Source: Chrysomallon squamiferum
Lineage: Eukaryota; Animalia; Mollusca
DNA: 64,000 nucleotides
Assembly (NCBI GenBank): GCA_012295275.1
Contig: CM022671.1
Location: 26,102,001-26,166,000 of the forward strand
Direction: 5' to 3'
Below the pieces are notes generated by a model, which saw only the letters and a list, made by a program, of their open reading frames with translations, made no database searches and was not told the DNA's origin. Below, piece after piece: positions 10,528-23,400 of the stretch (position 1 is the stretch's first letter; every line of letters starts with the position of its first letter). Both the position numbers and the translations under genes were made by a program.

Positions 10528-13500
10528 TATATGAACAGCCTAACCATATGAGCAAATAAACAACAAATTAATAATACACCTGATTCCTATACTGTTTTTA
10601 AAAATAGATATAATAAAATAAACATTTACCAGATATACAAAATTCTTTTTCACTGACAATTATTATTTATAGACATAAACACTTGTTAATATAAATAAAA
10701 ATCCTAATTATTATATTATTAAACATGTTTTGTTTTATTTCTGATAATGTTTCAGTAAAGTGTAAATATATATACACACACACATACACTGGCAAATAAG
10801 TTGTATAAACACTACATTATCAAACATAACCTACAAAGTTATGAGAAAGGATAACAGCTCTTGGCATGGATCGGCCAGTCTGAATATTCTCCTCATCATT
10901 TTCAATCAGTTCTACAGATACTTCTTGTCCTGACAACTCTGCCATATCTGTGTTCCAAGTCAGTGGAATTCTGAAACAAGTGTGAAGAACATTAATAATT
11001 AGTCAATATATAACCATTAATTTTTTTTCATCAGAATAAACAATAATTGTATTATTAAACCTACAGGCACAAGATCTCCAACACACACCCACACACATGC
11101 ATGCATGCACAGACAGACGAAGAAAATATTATTACTGTCTAATGATATCTTTAAACAGCAATTAAATCCAAGTTTTTATTTTGTGTTAAAACATTTTCTT
11201 TCTTCTTTTTTAAAATTATTTTAAGATACAGACACGGTAAAAACATATATAAAACTTTGAGGTTAATAAAAAAAAAAAAAAAAAAAAAAAAGAATGTACA
11301 TATGTCATATTTTGAATGTAAATACCTTGTTTTGTGTCTGAATACATGACACTTGTTTGGATCCAATCCTCTACGTTTCATGGATTTTGCAAGACCATCA
11401 CGTAAATTAACACCGGGAGTTGCTATAACCTTAAAAAAAAAAAATAATTAAAAAAAATAATAAAAACAAAGTTACAAACAAATAAAATTACATCATTTTG
11501 TTATTAAACTCAATAACACTGATTTTGTATTGCAGATTCAGAAAAATTTCTAACCAAGGCTTCACTACATTTGCACCCATAATACTCCAGTATGTCCCAT
11601 ACTTACAGAATATTATGTACAAATGCTTTGTAATATTTAAGTAAAAAATGTTTAATAATAGATAAAAAATGTGTAAATTATTGTTTATCACAATACTTTT
11701 CTTTAAAATTTCTTTACTACAATCTAGTACAGGAAATTTAAAAATAGAAGTTCACCCACAGTCCAAAATGTGACTAGACGATTTATGCCAAATTTATAAA
11801 ATCAATAATGCATTATTGTTGAAAAAGAGAAGCTATTTATTATTATTCATTTTATAAACTTAATAAATATTCATTATAAATTATTTAACAGTTACATCAT
11901 AACTGTACTGGTTGTACCATCTTTAAAAATGCTTTTTTTTATTTTTATTTTTTTTAAATATTACAAATAAGAACATTTAGCAACAACATAATTTTACTAA
12001 TTCATGGAATACATGTAAGACTATGTCAAAATTCTGTCGACATGTATCTCATGACACTGATAGACTAACTCTAAGGTAAAATAATCCTCTGCTTGGTAGA
12101 CAGAAATTCATTTGTAAATTTGGCAATTAATACATACAATGAATCTTCTTTTTTTCACCAATATCTAGTCACATTTCAACTTTTAATGAACATTAGTGTA
12201 TATTGGTTTTTTTACTATTTAACTTAATATTTATTACCCAATCACAAAACACATACACACAATAAAAATTAAAGTGCTGCTTAATTAAATACTAAAACAT
12301 TAACCTAACAAGATAGCCTAGCTAAGCAGAATTTATACTATTCATACAGTTACCATTATAAGCAAATTACAATCAAAAACTAAAAACCGATTTAAAAACA
12401 AATTAAAAAAAAAAAAAAAAAACAACAAACAACTTACTGTTGTCACCATGCTGTTTGGTAAGTGTGCCTTAATGCAAGTGTGTCCCCCGGGTGACCGTAA
12501 AGGTAACTGTGGACTGCGCTGACATACTGGTGTCTGTGACCAGATTGTGTTGGAGGTGCTGCTAGGGGTCAGGGGCCCAGGAGACTGTAGAGGCAATTCG
12601 GGATCTGACACTGACTCTGGTGTTGGACTTGCAGGAGGTGATCCTCGACCTATACTCATCTGTTCTAAGAGTTTAGCTTCACGAGTCTGATACTCATGGA
12701 TTTTATTTGCGAGTTCTTCATATTCCTGTAAATCAGAAAAGTTCAACATAATCTTCAAAATAATAATCTGTTTGCTTCTTCACACAATAATGTATTCGTA
12801 GTTACAATTTTCATTTAAAAAAATACCCAGATCACTGTAATTACTTGATCGCTTACCTGAATATACATTGGTGGAGGATGTTGATGTCTGCCAAATTCAG
12901 CATTCATCTTCTCCAGCTTTCGTCTTGTAACCTGAATAACTCTCTGAATATTTTCAATCTTTAAAAATAAAAATAAAAGTTTTAAAAATTCAAAAAATAA
13001 ATAAACAGACTATATATTTAAAAAGGTTATACAAAGTCATAATGTTAGCCAAAGCTTAATTAAGAAATTTGATCATATTAATAGGAATTCCAGTTTATAT
13101 TGATTTTCATCTATTCCTCATTTTTTAAACCATAAAAGATAACAATTTCATCAAAGCATTTAGTACTTTAGAAAAATAAATGCAAAATAAAATATTGAAA
13201 TATATTTTGTGTTCATTTCTATATAAAGATAACCAAACATTTAATAATGTGTTAATAATTATTAAAATCCAATGAAAAATAAGCAAACGAAATATATACA
13301 TAGTAGTGTTGAAAATGGATGCACACAAGCTACATAAATTTGCATACAGTTTCCCCTATGCAGGAATAGGAGGGTGGCCTGCCCAGCCATTTTTTAGCAC
13401 TAATAAACATATCTGAACAGCACTTTTTAGTGCCAGTAAACAAATATGAATGTCAATTTTTAGGGCTATTAAAAAAATATGAACAGCATATTTTAGCACC

Positions 13501-16142
13501 AATAAACAAAGATGAAAGGCACTATGTAGCACAAATAAACAGGTATAAACTGCATTTCTTAGCACTAATAAACAAATACAAACAGCACTTTTTAGTGCCA
13601 TCAGATATTCGCAACAATTAAACTACAAGAACTTGTCAGTTCTACCCTTTTAAAGACAGGTAGTAAGAAAAAAATGCATCTTTTTCTACCTGCACCCTGA
13701 CCCTTTTTCAGTTTGGGGGAAACATTAATGTTTGTTTTTCAAAAGTTGCTGATCTGATGGACTAGTTATTTTCTGGGGTTTTTCATATATTAAGTAAACT
13801 TATCATTGAAACAAAGGGTATACATATATATATAACAAATTATGAGTAACAATGCAGATCCATATTCAGTAGAATCTTTATCTTTAAACAAGGAAACGAT
13901 CGATAACTTTTAAATCTAATTGCTCCAAAAAAACAATGATGCCCACAAGTTGCATTTATTTATGCAAAACAAAAAAAAAAAAACCCCAACATTTTTATAA
14001 TAGTAATAATAATAATAATAATAATAAACAAAGATAAGAAAAGACCTGTCCCAAGGTGCCAAAACAGTACTTAATGCCATAAAAGATAAGCAGAAGATGA
14101 TATCAGCTGGAAAGATATGTGAAATTCAGATTTTAGGCATGAGCTGAACTTGAACCTGCTATTCACAGAATATTCTAATTGTGTTTGACTATCAGTGATC
14201 ATATTGGTTAATAATTATATTCAACACACACACAAACTAAGTAAATACTGAAAATGTAATAATTTTAGGGCAGTTTATAAAGTATCTATTCTATAAATAA
14301 ATATATTTGAATACAATTTGTGTTTGTCAACTTAGTCTTCTTGCTGACAGATATAACTTTTCCATATTTTATTAGTAATTTGGGTTTTTTTGGTTTGTGT
14401 CTTTGGAGGGTTTTTTGGGGGATGTTTAAAAGGGTGTACTATGTGTATTCATTAATAATTTAATTACTTTGTGATTGTGAGGTCTAAAATAAAACACTGT
14501 CACACACTTTTAAGTTTTCAGAAACTATCTTCCATTTGATAAAATGCTAAAAAAAGCAAAGCTTTTATATAGAAATACTTAACAATTAACTTACATAGTA
14601 CATAATTACTGATTATTTAATTGCATGTTGTTGCATACCATTGACTTTAAATGATAAAAATAATCTCTAAGTAATACTCTTGTTTTATTAAAATGGCTAA
14701 TAAGAAATATTCTGTTTATGTAGTTGTAGATCTGTTATTATTTTTACATGACATATATTTATTTAAAAGATACTGATTTACATGAATTAAAATTTATAAA
14801 AATTTAAAACTATTAATAAATCTTAAACTATAATTTCATAAAATATTATAATCAGCAATCCATAAAATGTTTTTGTTCACACTAAAGATCAAAGTGGAAA
14901 TGTAAATATACTAATCTGAGACAATAAAAACTATTTTTCTTATAAATTTTTAATTTAGTTCCCACTTTTATTTCTCTGTTATATTCCCATATTTAAATTT
15001 AAAATTTTAACATCAAAGTAATGATCATATAAATAAAAGTGAGTTTTATTTTATACACTTTATTCAGACTTTATTTAACTTTGAAAATTGTTAATTAAAT
15101 CTTTATTTGATACATTTTGCTCATATAATTATTTTTTAACTACATTTTAAATTTAAAAAAAAATAAAAGTAAAAAAAAAGGAACTAAAAATAAAATAATA
15201 AACCATGTATTTTATTTAAATAAAATCTGAATTGAAAAGTTATAATAAAAATCTGTTTTATTTTTTATCATTACTTTGATGTTAAAATTTTAAATTTAAA
15301 TATGGGAATATAATGGAGAAATAAAATTCAAAACTAAATATTAAAATAATAATTTTAAAATTATCTTATTATGTTAAAAAATGTAAGAAACTAATTGGTA
15401 CTTCTAACTTAATATATGGAAATATATATAATTATGTATGGTTAAATACTTAATGATCTTAATGACTACATACTATTTATAAAATGATAGCCAATGACAA
15501 TGTAAACAAAACTACATACGGTGGTGACACTAGACAACTAGTGCTTTTATTGACTGGTTTAACAGGGAAACAAAATATCAAAAGAGAGCCATTAAATAAT
15601 ATTTAAGATGATTCCAACATTAATCTGCAATGCACTGAATAAAACAGACCAGTGAATATCACTGGGAATTTTAAAAATGTAAAAAATTGTTTATATATAA
15701 TACACAATATGCATTGTTATTAGTGCACCTGTGCTATCTATTTTTAGAATAGAATATCGGAATAGAATTATTTTTAGACAAACGTAATTTGGTTCCATTT
15801 TAACCAAAAATATTTACTCACTTAAATATAAATCAGTTTCTAAGAAACCGTTGTACGTAAAATGTACTAATAGGAATACTAATGAAAGTATTTATTGATG
15901 ACAATTGTGGATTCAGAACGAAGCAGGTGCCCGTTTCACAAAATTTCAAGATGTTATGGTTGCATTCCCTGACATTTATGCAATCACTGTAAAACAACAG
16001 TACTCTTGATACTGCAGGATGGAATAATAAAACTTCCTACCTCATCTTGCAAATTTCCAGAAGAAAAAGCCTCATCATCTCGTGGCCCTATATTAAAATT
16101 TACAATATCCCCGTTCATTGTCGGATGATGGACCACCGCCAT
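133..16142 (-). CDS. BRAF: B-Raf-type serine/threonine kinase, complete, 17 coding exons, about 801 aa
   Basis: Exons in transcription order: 16142-16041, 12958-12857, 12725-12438, 11429-11326, 10970-10835, 10368-10178, 9928-9763, 9111-9063, 8732-8613, 5831-5686, 5370-5174, 4185-4009, 2652-2606, 2084-1954, 1608-1477, 741-607, 315-133. All are AG/GT bounded and phase-compatible, totalling 2406 nt. Motifs: BRS domain ([39 protein letters not shown]), RBD (AHLPN...KRRGL...WNTD), C1 domain ([17 protein letters not shown]...[12 protein letters not shown]...C), CR2 RSTSAPNV, acidic Nt[46 protein letters not shown], 14-3-3 site RSKSEP and terminal SPKTP. The hinge exons (9111-9063, 8732-8613) are less certain than the rest. 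Confidence 0.96.
2085..2605 (-). other. U12-type (minor spliceosome) GT-AG intron in the Raf kinase domain
   Basis: The 5' splice site reads GTATCCTTTT from 2605 downward. A branch-site-like TTTTCTTAAC at 2103-2094 lies about 10 nt before the AG (2086-2085), with no polypyrimidine tract. The intron splits HRDLKSN-N/IFL. Confidence 0.92.
2749..3457 (-). mobile_element. Internally deleted Tigger/pogo-like (Tc1/mariner superfamily) DNA transposon
   Basis: Terminal inverted repeats cagtggtaccttgactta (from 2749, preceded by TA) and taagtcgaggtaccactg (ending 3457, followed by CA, a probably mutated TA). The minus strand holds a decayed N-terminal HTH segment ([35 protein letters not shown]) resembling Tigger transposases. 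No DDE domain. Confidence 0.85.
4166..4822. repeat. Tandem array of six ~110-bp units overlapping the acceptor of Raf exon 4185-4009
   Basis: Unit tattacaatgtctagtcttcctgcaaacagtaatcaagta...ggtaactggattttgtttttgtgcagtgcaattaaacca...aaaatatatcaaat. The core tcttcctgc recurs near 4181, 4291, 4400, 4517 (variant tcttcttgc), 4624 and 4725. Confidence 0.93.
9630..9650 (-). CDS. Candidate 21-nt alternative microexon of Raf (IYCDVSV)
   Basis: The minus strand reads cttctttggtttcag|ATTTACTGTGATGTTAGTGTG|gtaagaa. It is 7 codons with no stop, phase 0/0, inside the phase-0 intron 9762-9112. Confidence 0.5.
13393..13600. repeat. 33-bp minisatellite, about 6.3 degenerate copies
   Basis: Unit tttagcactaataaacatatctgaacagcactt starts at 13393, 13426, 13459, 13492, 13525, 13558 and 13591. 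It explains the 11-aa periodic ORFs in the track. Confidence 0.85.
14966..15326. repeat. Long inverted repeat (foldback/MITE-like) in Raf intron 1
   Basis: Arms 14966-15025 and 15267-15326 are reverse complements at 58 of 60 positions. There is further inner complementarity (about 15061-15079 with 15216-15234). Confidence 0.85.
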
Positions 16143-16173
16143 GTTCCTCTTTGAGAGATTTGGTCACGTGACC
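16134..16173 (-). promoter_or_regulatory. Raf proximal elements: palindromic E-box GGTCACGTGACC and YY1-like AACATGGCGG over the start codon
   Basis: A perfect 12-bp palindrome sits at 16162-16173, about 20 nt upstream of the ATG at 16142. The minus strand reads gAACATGGCGG at the ATG. Confidence 0.5.
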
Positions 16174-16999
16174 TCCTAAATTATCACTCTGCCTATATTT
16201 TACTACAATCTGTGAAGGGTTATCGTTCTTCTATTCCAAGGTTGATGAGAAGAAAGAACGAGATCAGATCAATAAATAAATAAATATCTTTGTGACATAA
16301 AAGTGGGAATAAAAAAAAAATGCATAATTTTATTTGAATATTTGAATATCTGATAATGTGCTAGGAATATTTTAACTGCACTACCAAAACGTAGAAAACT
16401 ATAAAAAAAAAAAAAAAAAAAATAATAATAATAAAAAAATAAATAATAATAATAAAAAAATAAATAAAAATAAAAAACTTCAAAACAATAAAATATATTA
16501 TAGATTTCAGTATATATCCGATGCATATTTAAAACAGATCTATTTATTTGTTCTATTGCAGTAAATTCTAATTATCATCTTAAAAGTGTTTGTGTTTTTT
16601 GTATTTTTTAAATAAAAAAAAAAAAAAAATTTTTTAGTCTCATTTATATATTTACAGTGTCATTTTGCACTCTGTCATGCACATATATATTCAATTACAC
16701 ACACAATTATATTCAATCTTTTAAGTCCAGAAAATGTGCTTGGATACCAAAACTTCAGTGAATTAAACCGAGTTCTACAAAATAACACACATATAAATTT
16801 GCCTCTCAAGTTCTCTATAATAAACCATGCAACTGTTGCTTTCCAAAAGCAATAATAATAATATTTTAAAAAGTTCAGTTATAGTTTCAAAAACTATTGC
16901 GATCACTGGTCAAATGCAAAATAATTAATACCAGTTACTAGAAATGGCAAAACAGTCTAAGTTACCACCTCCAAGAGAATAATTAACAACAATAACAAC

Positions 17000-17031
<32 letters not shown>

Positions 17032-18272
17032 TATTATTATTTGTGTAAAATGTAACTGAAAAGAAAATTATTTCCTGTTGGTGAGTTTCTGAGAATGATT
17101 TTAAAGATTTGTTTACTAATCATTCCTTCAAAACCAGATAATTTAGATAATAACTTAACTCATCATCGATTGTATTTAAATTATTTTATTTTTAAAGAAA
17201 AGTTATATACCTACACACATAATATAAAAATAAATGTTATTTAAGCTGTTGATGGATGAAAGAGTTAAATTCAATAACTTACATATCAAAGTAGAGAATG
17301 TCACAATATGTTATGGGATGGTCAGTGCTTTAAATATTAATATACAAGTATCAATAAAAATAGCACATATCCTAACTTTTTGATGAAAAGTTTAAATATC
17401 ATTTATTTTTATATTTCGTTGTTATAACAAAATACTTTAACAATACTACATTTCCAGTTTTTTAGGAAAAATAAAAATAAAATAACAACAATATAAAACA
17501 ATCACAGATTTAATTAAAAATAAATTTATTAAAAATAACCAGAACATGGATTACCCACATTGTATATATATATTTAATACAATAATAAACAATTAATAAA
17601 CAAATATGTCAATAGTTGTCTCTTGTCATATGTCAGCAACACATGATAAAATAATATTTATTAGATAAACAACTTGTATTTGGCAACAACAAAAAAAAAA
17701 AGAAAAAAAGAAGAAAAGTTGAACGTTTCATTATTATTGGTTGATAATTAAAAAGTAGAGAAAATTGAAACAAATGAGATCATTGAATTTTTTTTTTTGT
17801 ACGAGTTGAGTGATCTGGAAATCAGTAATCCAGTATTCCAGCATAAATCTGGTTAACTTTATTTAAAATTACCTGTATTTCTACACAAACTGGTCATTAA
17901 TCTTTAAAGGTGCTTCTTGCTACATTTGCAAACATAGGCAAACTTTCCAATTTGTATTTTTCCATTTACTGTTAAAATCGGCTGTTCACCATAACAATGG
18001 TTTCAACAAATAAAGGAAATGCTTCTCACTGAGTCAAGCACAAACAAAATAACTTATTTCATTACTATTATTATTATTATTATATTTCTTTTCTTATTAA
18101 ATTTTTGTTTTAAAATACATGTATAAATGAGAGTAATGTGGTAAGGGAAATGTCAATTAATCACCATATCTAAGTGTATCAGATTTTAAATTTCAACTCA
18201 GGTAATGTTCTTTTACAGTTTAATTATGAGTATGATATGATATCATGTTTGTTCCCATAGATACAGACCTTT

Positions 18273-19495
18273 TTAAGATTTAAGACTGTTAATAAACTTT
18301 TCTGAAGCAACAAGAGCGTTTTGTAATTCTTCTACTGTCAGAATATTGCAACTTTTAAGTGCCATCAGAAGTTCTTCTCTGGCATTGCCTGCAAAGTTGT
18401 TGGCTAGAAAGGCTGGAAATCCTCGGACACCATCACCCATTGTAAATAATGGTACTCTAACAACACCGTAAGTCTGAAAAAGAAACAAAGAGAAAGAAAA
18501 TCTTCATGAAGGAGCGTAACTGTGGTTTCTTTCTAATGGAAAGATATAAAACAAAATAATTATATAACAGTTATCTGTTAATGTTAACTTTTTGTGGCCT
18601 TTGTTAGTATTTGTTTAAAAAAATATTGAGAATTATTAAGAAGACGGCACAGAGAATACTGCAAATCAGTAAAATTAGGAACAATATTTTGACCATTTCC
18701 CTTGTTCCATTAAAAACAAAGTTCTGGCTACAAATTGTCCTTAATTTTTATTACCTCGGTACCATATTCTGGTGCCTTTAGGTTATTCAGTTCCAAATCT
18801 GTGAATTCTTTCAGTGTCACCTCTTTTAAAAAGAAATGTAAGATCAGAGACTTTTTTGAATTAAGAAATGAAGCTATATGATCCTTTTCAGAGAAACAAT
18901 GCTTTTTTAAATCCAGTCCAATTTCTTCTTCCATTTCTCGATTTATTCCTTCAACTGGAGTTTCTCCTGGCTCTATTAACCCCCCAGGGAATCCAAACAC
19001 TCCATCAAATCTTAACTGCATCTGAAAGTATATTATTTAGCATTTTCAACATTATACAATTTATAGATAGCAATGAAATTTAATAATTCAAAAACAAATA
19101 AAACTGGAGAAAGACTTTAATTGTAAAATAATATTTAAATATTTGTGTATGTGTGTAAAAAAAAATAAGCAGCTACTACAGTTCAAATTCACACACAGCT
19201 CTTCTAGAATATAAATATATTTTATGGTAAAAATGCAAAAAGTATGTATGATAATGATGAGATTGAGAGAGAGAGAGAATTATTGCGTACATACCAACAC
19301 TGCAGCTTTGGCATTGTAAAGGTCCCACAGTTGCCTGTCATCTTTAGCATATATCATCCCATGGGATGCATGTTTAAATGTTGAATACTTATTTTTAGCT
19401 TCGTTAAAGCTTATAACTTTAAAATCATTTTTGTTATCATTAAGACGACCATATTTTTCGTATGGTTCAAGCCACCCCCAGCCTGCATCAGCCAT
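18273..19495 (-). CDS. NUDT16: Nudix hydrolase 16 (U8 snoRNA-decapping enzyme / IDP phosphatase), 3 exons, 222 aa
   Basis: Exons 19495-19295, 19021-18755 and 18473-18273, all phase 0. It has the family signature HASHGMIYA...AAVL/MQLRFDGVFGFPGG, an intact Nudix box GLIEPGETPVEGINREMEEEIG, and C-terminal GVVRVPLFTMGDGVRGFPAFLANNFAGNAREEL. Confidence 0.93.
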
Positions 19496-19798
19496 GTCAA
19501 TCAGTGCGTTTTATTCTGCTTTTGTTATCATATTCGTTCATTCCTAGTTTGAAGTGATAGTCATCATAGTGTCATATACAGAATTACGTACATTGTACAG
19601 AGCGACGCTAGAAAGAGTAAAGAAACAATTTAAAGATATTAATTACATAATCAGAATCAACAGAAATATTATAATTTATTTATTTTAATTTTATTAATAT
19701 TATTTTATACTGTTAATACATTTTTAATATATTATTTTGAATCAATAACTGGTCCCTAGATCAAGCATTCTCTAAATGTAGAAGATAGGAAAATATTC
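19496..19798. promoter_or_regulatory. Probable bidirectional promoter between NUDT16 and SUMF1
   Basis: Only 303 bp separate the two divergent start codons, so both 5' UTRs and both core promoters must fit here unless there are unseen upstream exons. Confidence 0.65.
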
Positions 19799-20272
19799 AT
19801 GGCGTCTGCAAGATTGAAGTTTATGTCCATAAAGTTTTCAACTGTTTTTATTTGTGTCATTTATTTTGCTCTGGTGATTTGTACATCAAAAACATGTAAT
19901 TCTAAGAATAAGGATATATGTGAAGGAACTAAAGCTGATTGTGGTTGCAAAACAAATCGCGAACATACACAGAAACAAACAGAAGCAGACGACATTTCAT
20001 CTAGTCAGGCTAATATTAAATACCACCCATATCACAATGTTCAAAGTGCACATACTAGAACGAACCAAATGGTATATATTCCCGGAGGTACATTTTACAT
20101 GGGTACAGATAACCCTGTCTTCGTGGCAGATGGAGAAGGACCAGCAAGAAAGGTTACAGTCGATCCCTTTTTCATGGACAAATATGAAGTTAGCAATTCT
20201 GAATATGAATATTTTGTAAACGAAACTGGATATAAAACAGAGGTAATAAGCACAGTTATTTTTTTTTTTCTT

Positions 20273-20303
<31 letters not shown>

Positions 20304-20420
20304 TTATTATTATTATAATGAAGCAGAAAACATCACAGCGAAAATAGATATGGTTTGCATTTTGGTATGCAGTTTTTATCAGTCTATAGATATAGTGTTT
20401 GAGGTTGTAGAAATTCATCA

Positions 20421-20477
<57 letters not shown>

Positions 20478-23400
20478 AAATGAATAGCTTAAAATAAACC
20501 TCATATTTGCATGATGGTACTGCTCAGAAACAAGACTTGTTAACATCTTTGCCAATAACAAATACATATAATGTTTTTTAGAGAACTTTAAATCTTATTT
20601 TAGAAAATGTTTAACTATATTTATCTATTTATTTTATTATTATTTTTTTTTTAGGCAGAACTATTTGGAAATTCATTTGTAATGGAAAAATATCTAAGTG
20701 AAGAAACACTGAAAGATATTACTCAGGCAGTATGTTACCTTTCTTTTTAAAATATTTTATCAGATAAATATTCAGTGATATATTTTTAATTTAAAACAAA
20801 TAATAATAAAATCAATTTTTCAAAATGTTTTTATCTGCATACAAAATCAATCTAAAATCAATTTATTTTTCAAAATAATTGGTTTAGGTTTAATTTAACT
20901 ACCTAAACAATTTTTCATATGTAAACCACTGATCTGTTTATTTAAATTATTATTATTATTATTATTATTATTATTTATTTTATTTTATTTATTTTTTTGG
21001 CAGGGGGATGTGGGGGTAAAATTTCTTTGTCTATCAGAGCCAGTTTTTATTATGTTCATATTTAGGTAGCTGCAGCTCCTTGGTGGCTACCAGTAAATGG
21101 TGCCGATTGGAGACACCCACAAGGCCCAGATTCATCAATCAAAAAAAGGTCTACTTATCTAAAATGTCACTATGTTTTTTAAATTTGATGACTGTTTTAG
21201 ATTTTGTTTTGATATCTGATCTTTGAATGAAATTAAATAAAATTTTTTTATTAAACATACATTTTAGATTTTTATAACAATTTTTTTTTTTAAACATACC
21301 ATTTAGATTTTTATAACCATTCTTTTTTCTATTTGTTAATTATTATTATTATTATTATTATTTATTAATTTTGTTCTTGCCTGTAAATTACAAAACTTAT
21401 ATATGGAAAACATCCTAGCTTTCTAAAATTTACAAAATATATTAAGTATATTAAATATTTGTGAAATAAATACCTATTATTTGTTTTTCTTTGGTGATTA
21501 CTGCATTTTTTAAAATTCAGAATGGATCATCCTGTTCTGCATGTTTCTTGGAATGATGCAATGGCCTTCTGCAAATGGGCTGGAAAACGACTTCCAACAG
21601 AAGCAGAATTTGAATTTGCTTGCAGAGGTGGTTTGGAAGGAAGGTTGTTTGTTTATATTATATTTTTGCAACCTTTTAAATAAATATAATAATAAATTAA
21701 CTTTCAGTTTTAAATTATTATTATTATTAATTTGTTAAGACACCTTTATTACTAATTTATTGGAAAACCTCTGGTAAATAACATTAAAAAGGTAGTAAAT
21801 AATTAAAAATAAAAATAATAACGTATTAAATATAAAATGTAATTACTATTACTAAACATGAAATTTGTAAAAATGAATTGTGACAAAATTACTATAAACA
21901 AAACTCTTCTGCAGTTAACATCTGTTACATCTCATAACATTTTTGTATATCACTATATATTTGTTGGTTCATTAAGGTCATTCCTGGATTATATTGATTT
22001 GTAATTATAAAACAATAAAGTATATTCCATGAAACAAAATGGGCAGTTTTAAAGATTTTATCTATTAGATTAATACATTTCCTTTGTTAAGTATATTTAG
22101 ACAACAGTTTGATTTATTTATACCTTTGCTTCCTAAATATTAGTTTAGAATGATTTTTCTCTCCCTCCTTCATTTTTTATTACATGGTCCAAATTAAATT
22201 ATAAAGATTTAGGATATGTTGTGAATATCTCATCTACTACTATATTTCAGAACAAATACTGTTTATTTCTCTCAGAATATAATAATTAAATTGTAACAGA
22301 GAAGATATTCTGAATTATACCTAATTTGTAATTTGCCTTAGTAACAGAAATGTAATACCTGATGATATATTTACTTTAATACATGTAACAGCTGTGCCAG
22401 TTATGGGAAATCTGACATTATTGCACTACAATGTAGATTACATCATTTTCAGATCAGAAATTCATTAAAATTCTAACATTAATTTCAGTTTCATGTATCA
22501 AAATTTCATATTGTAAAAATTATTGTTTTAACATTTTTTTTTTTTTTTTTAATGTGCAGATTTGTACTGGATTTTTAGAATGAAGGTTCTTTTATTTATA
22601 GATTATATCCATGGGGTAACAAAAAGATGCCTAAAAACAAGCACTGGATGAATATTTGGCAAGGAGAGTTTCCAAAAGAGAACACAGCTGAAGATGGATA
22701 TTTCATGACTAGTCCTGTTAGCCTAATCTCTAACTTTACAAATAAATTTTCTTTTAAAGATCTATAAATGAATATATTAAATTTTAATAATTAATGTAGA
22801 ATACAGATATCAATTTTGTTAATTATATCAATAACAATAATAGGAATAGCAATGTTACATTTTTGTTTTTTAATTTATATTTAGATTAATTCTTTAAACT
22901 GTGAAATGAACTTCCCTAATTTTCATGAAATAATTTATCAGAATATTTATTATCATTCTCCAGAGCATTTATATTTTTATTTTAGGTTACAGAATTTCCA
23001 GATCAGAATAAATTTGGTTTGAAAAATATTGTTGGAAATGCATGGGAATGGACATCTGATTGGTGGCAGGTGAAATTTACCAAGCAGCCTCTTGATAATC
23101 CTGTTAGTAATTTAAGAATCTTCTTCTAATTTTGATTCATCCCCAGATTTTACATTTAAACTTAGATTTAAATCCACTGATTAGCATAATTTAAACTAAC
23201 AGAAATCAAATGATTTAAAATAATATATTTTTTAATCTGGTATTTATTAAAATATAATGATTTTATAGTTCTATTACCCGAATAGAATATTTTAATTTCT
23301 GTCAGTATTTGTGAATGAATACTGAATAATTGATTATATTAAAATCTTTTAATAAAACATTTAGTGAGTTCTTTTTTAATAACCTTTTTATCAGTTTTAT

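Noticed and set aside
10844-10856. TTATCCTTT resembling a second U12 donor in Raf
   Set aside because: It lies inside coding sequence (V-I-L-S) needed to reach HNF of the C1 domain, and it lacks the GT/AT start of the consensus.
14130-14165. B-box-like GGTTCAAG on the minus strand as a tRNA or SINE
   Set aside because: No A box or cloverleaf could be built.
20243-20421. Hydrophobic tail of ORF 19799-20347 and poly-Arg ORF 20095-20421
   Set aside because: Both come from read-through into an intronic (CTT)n(ATT)n microsatellite after the SUMF1 donor at 20243.
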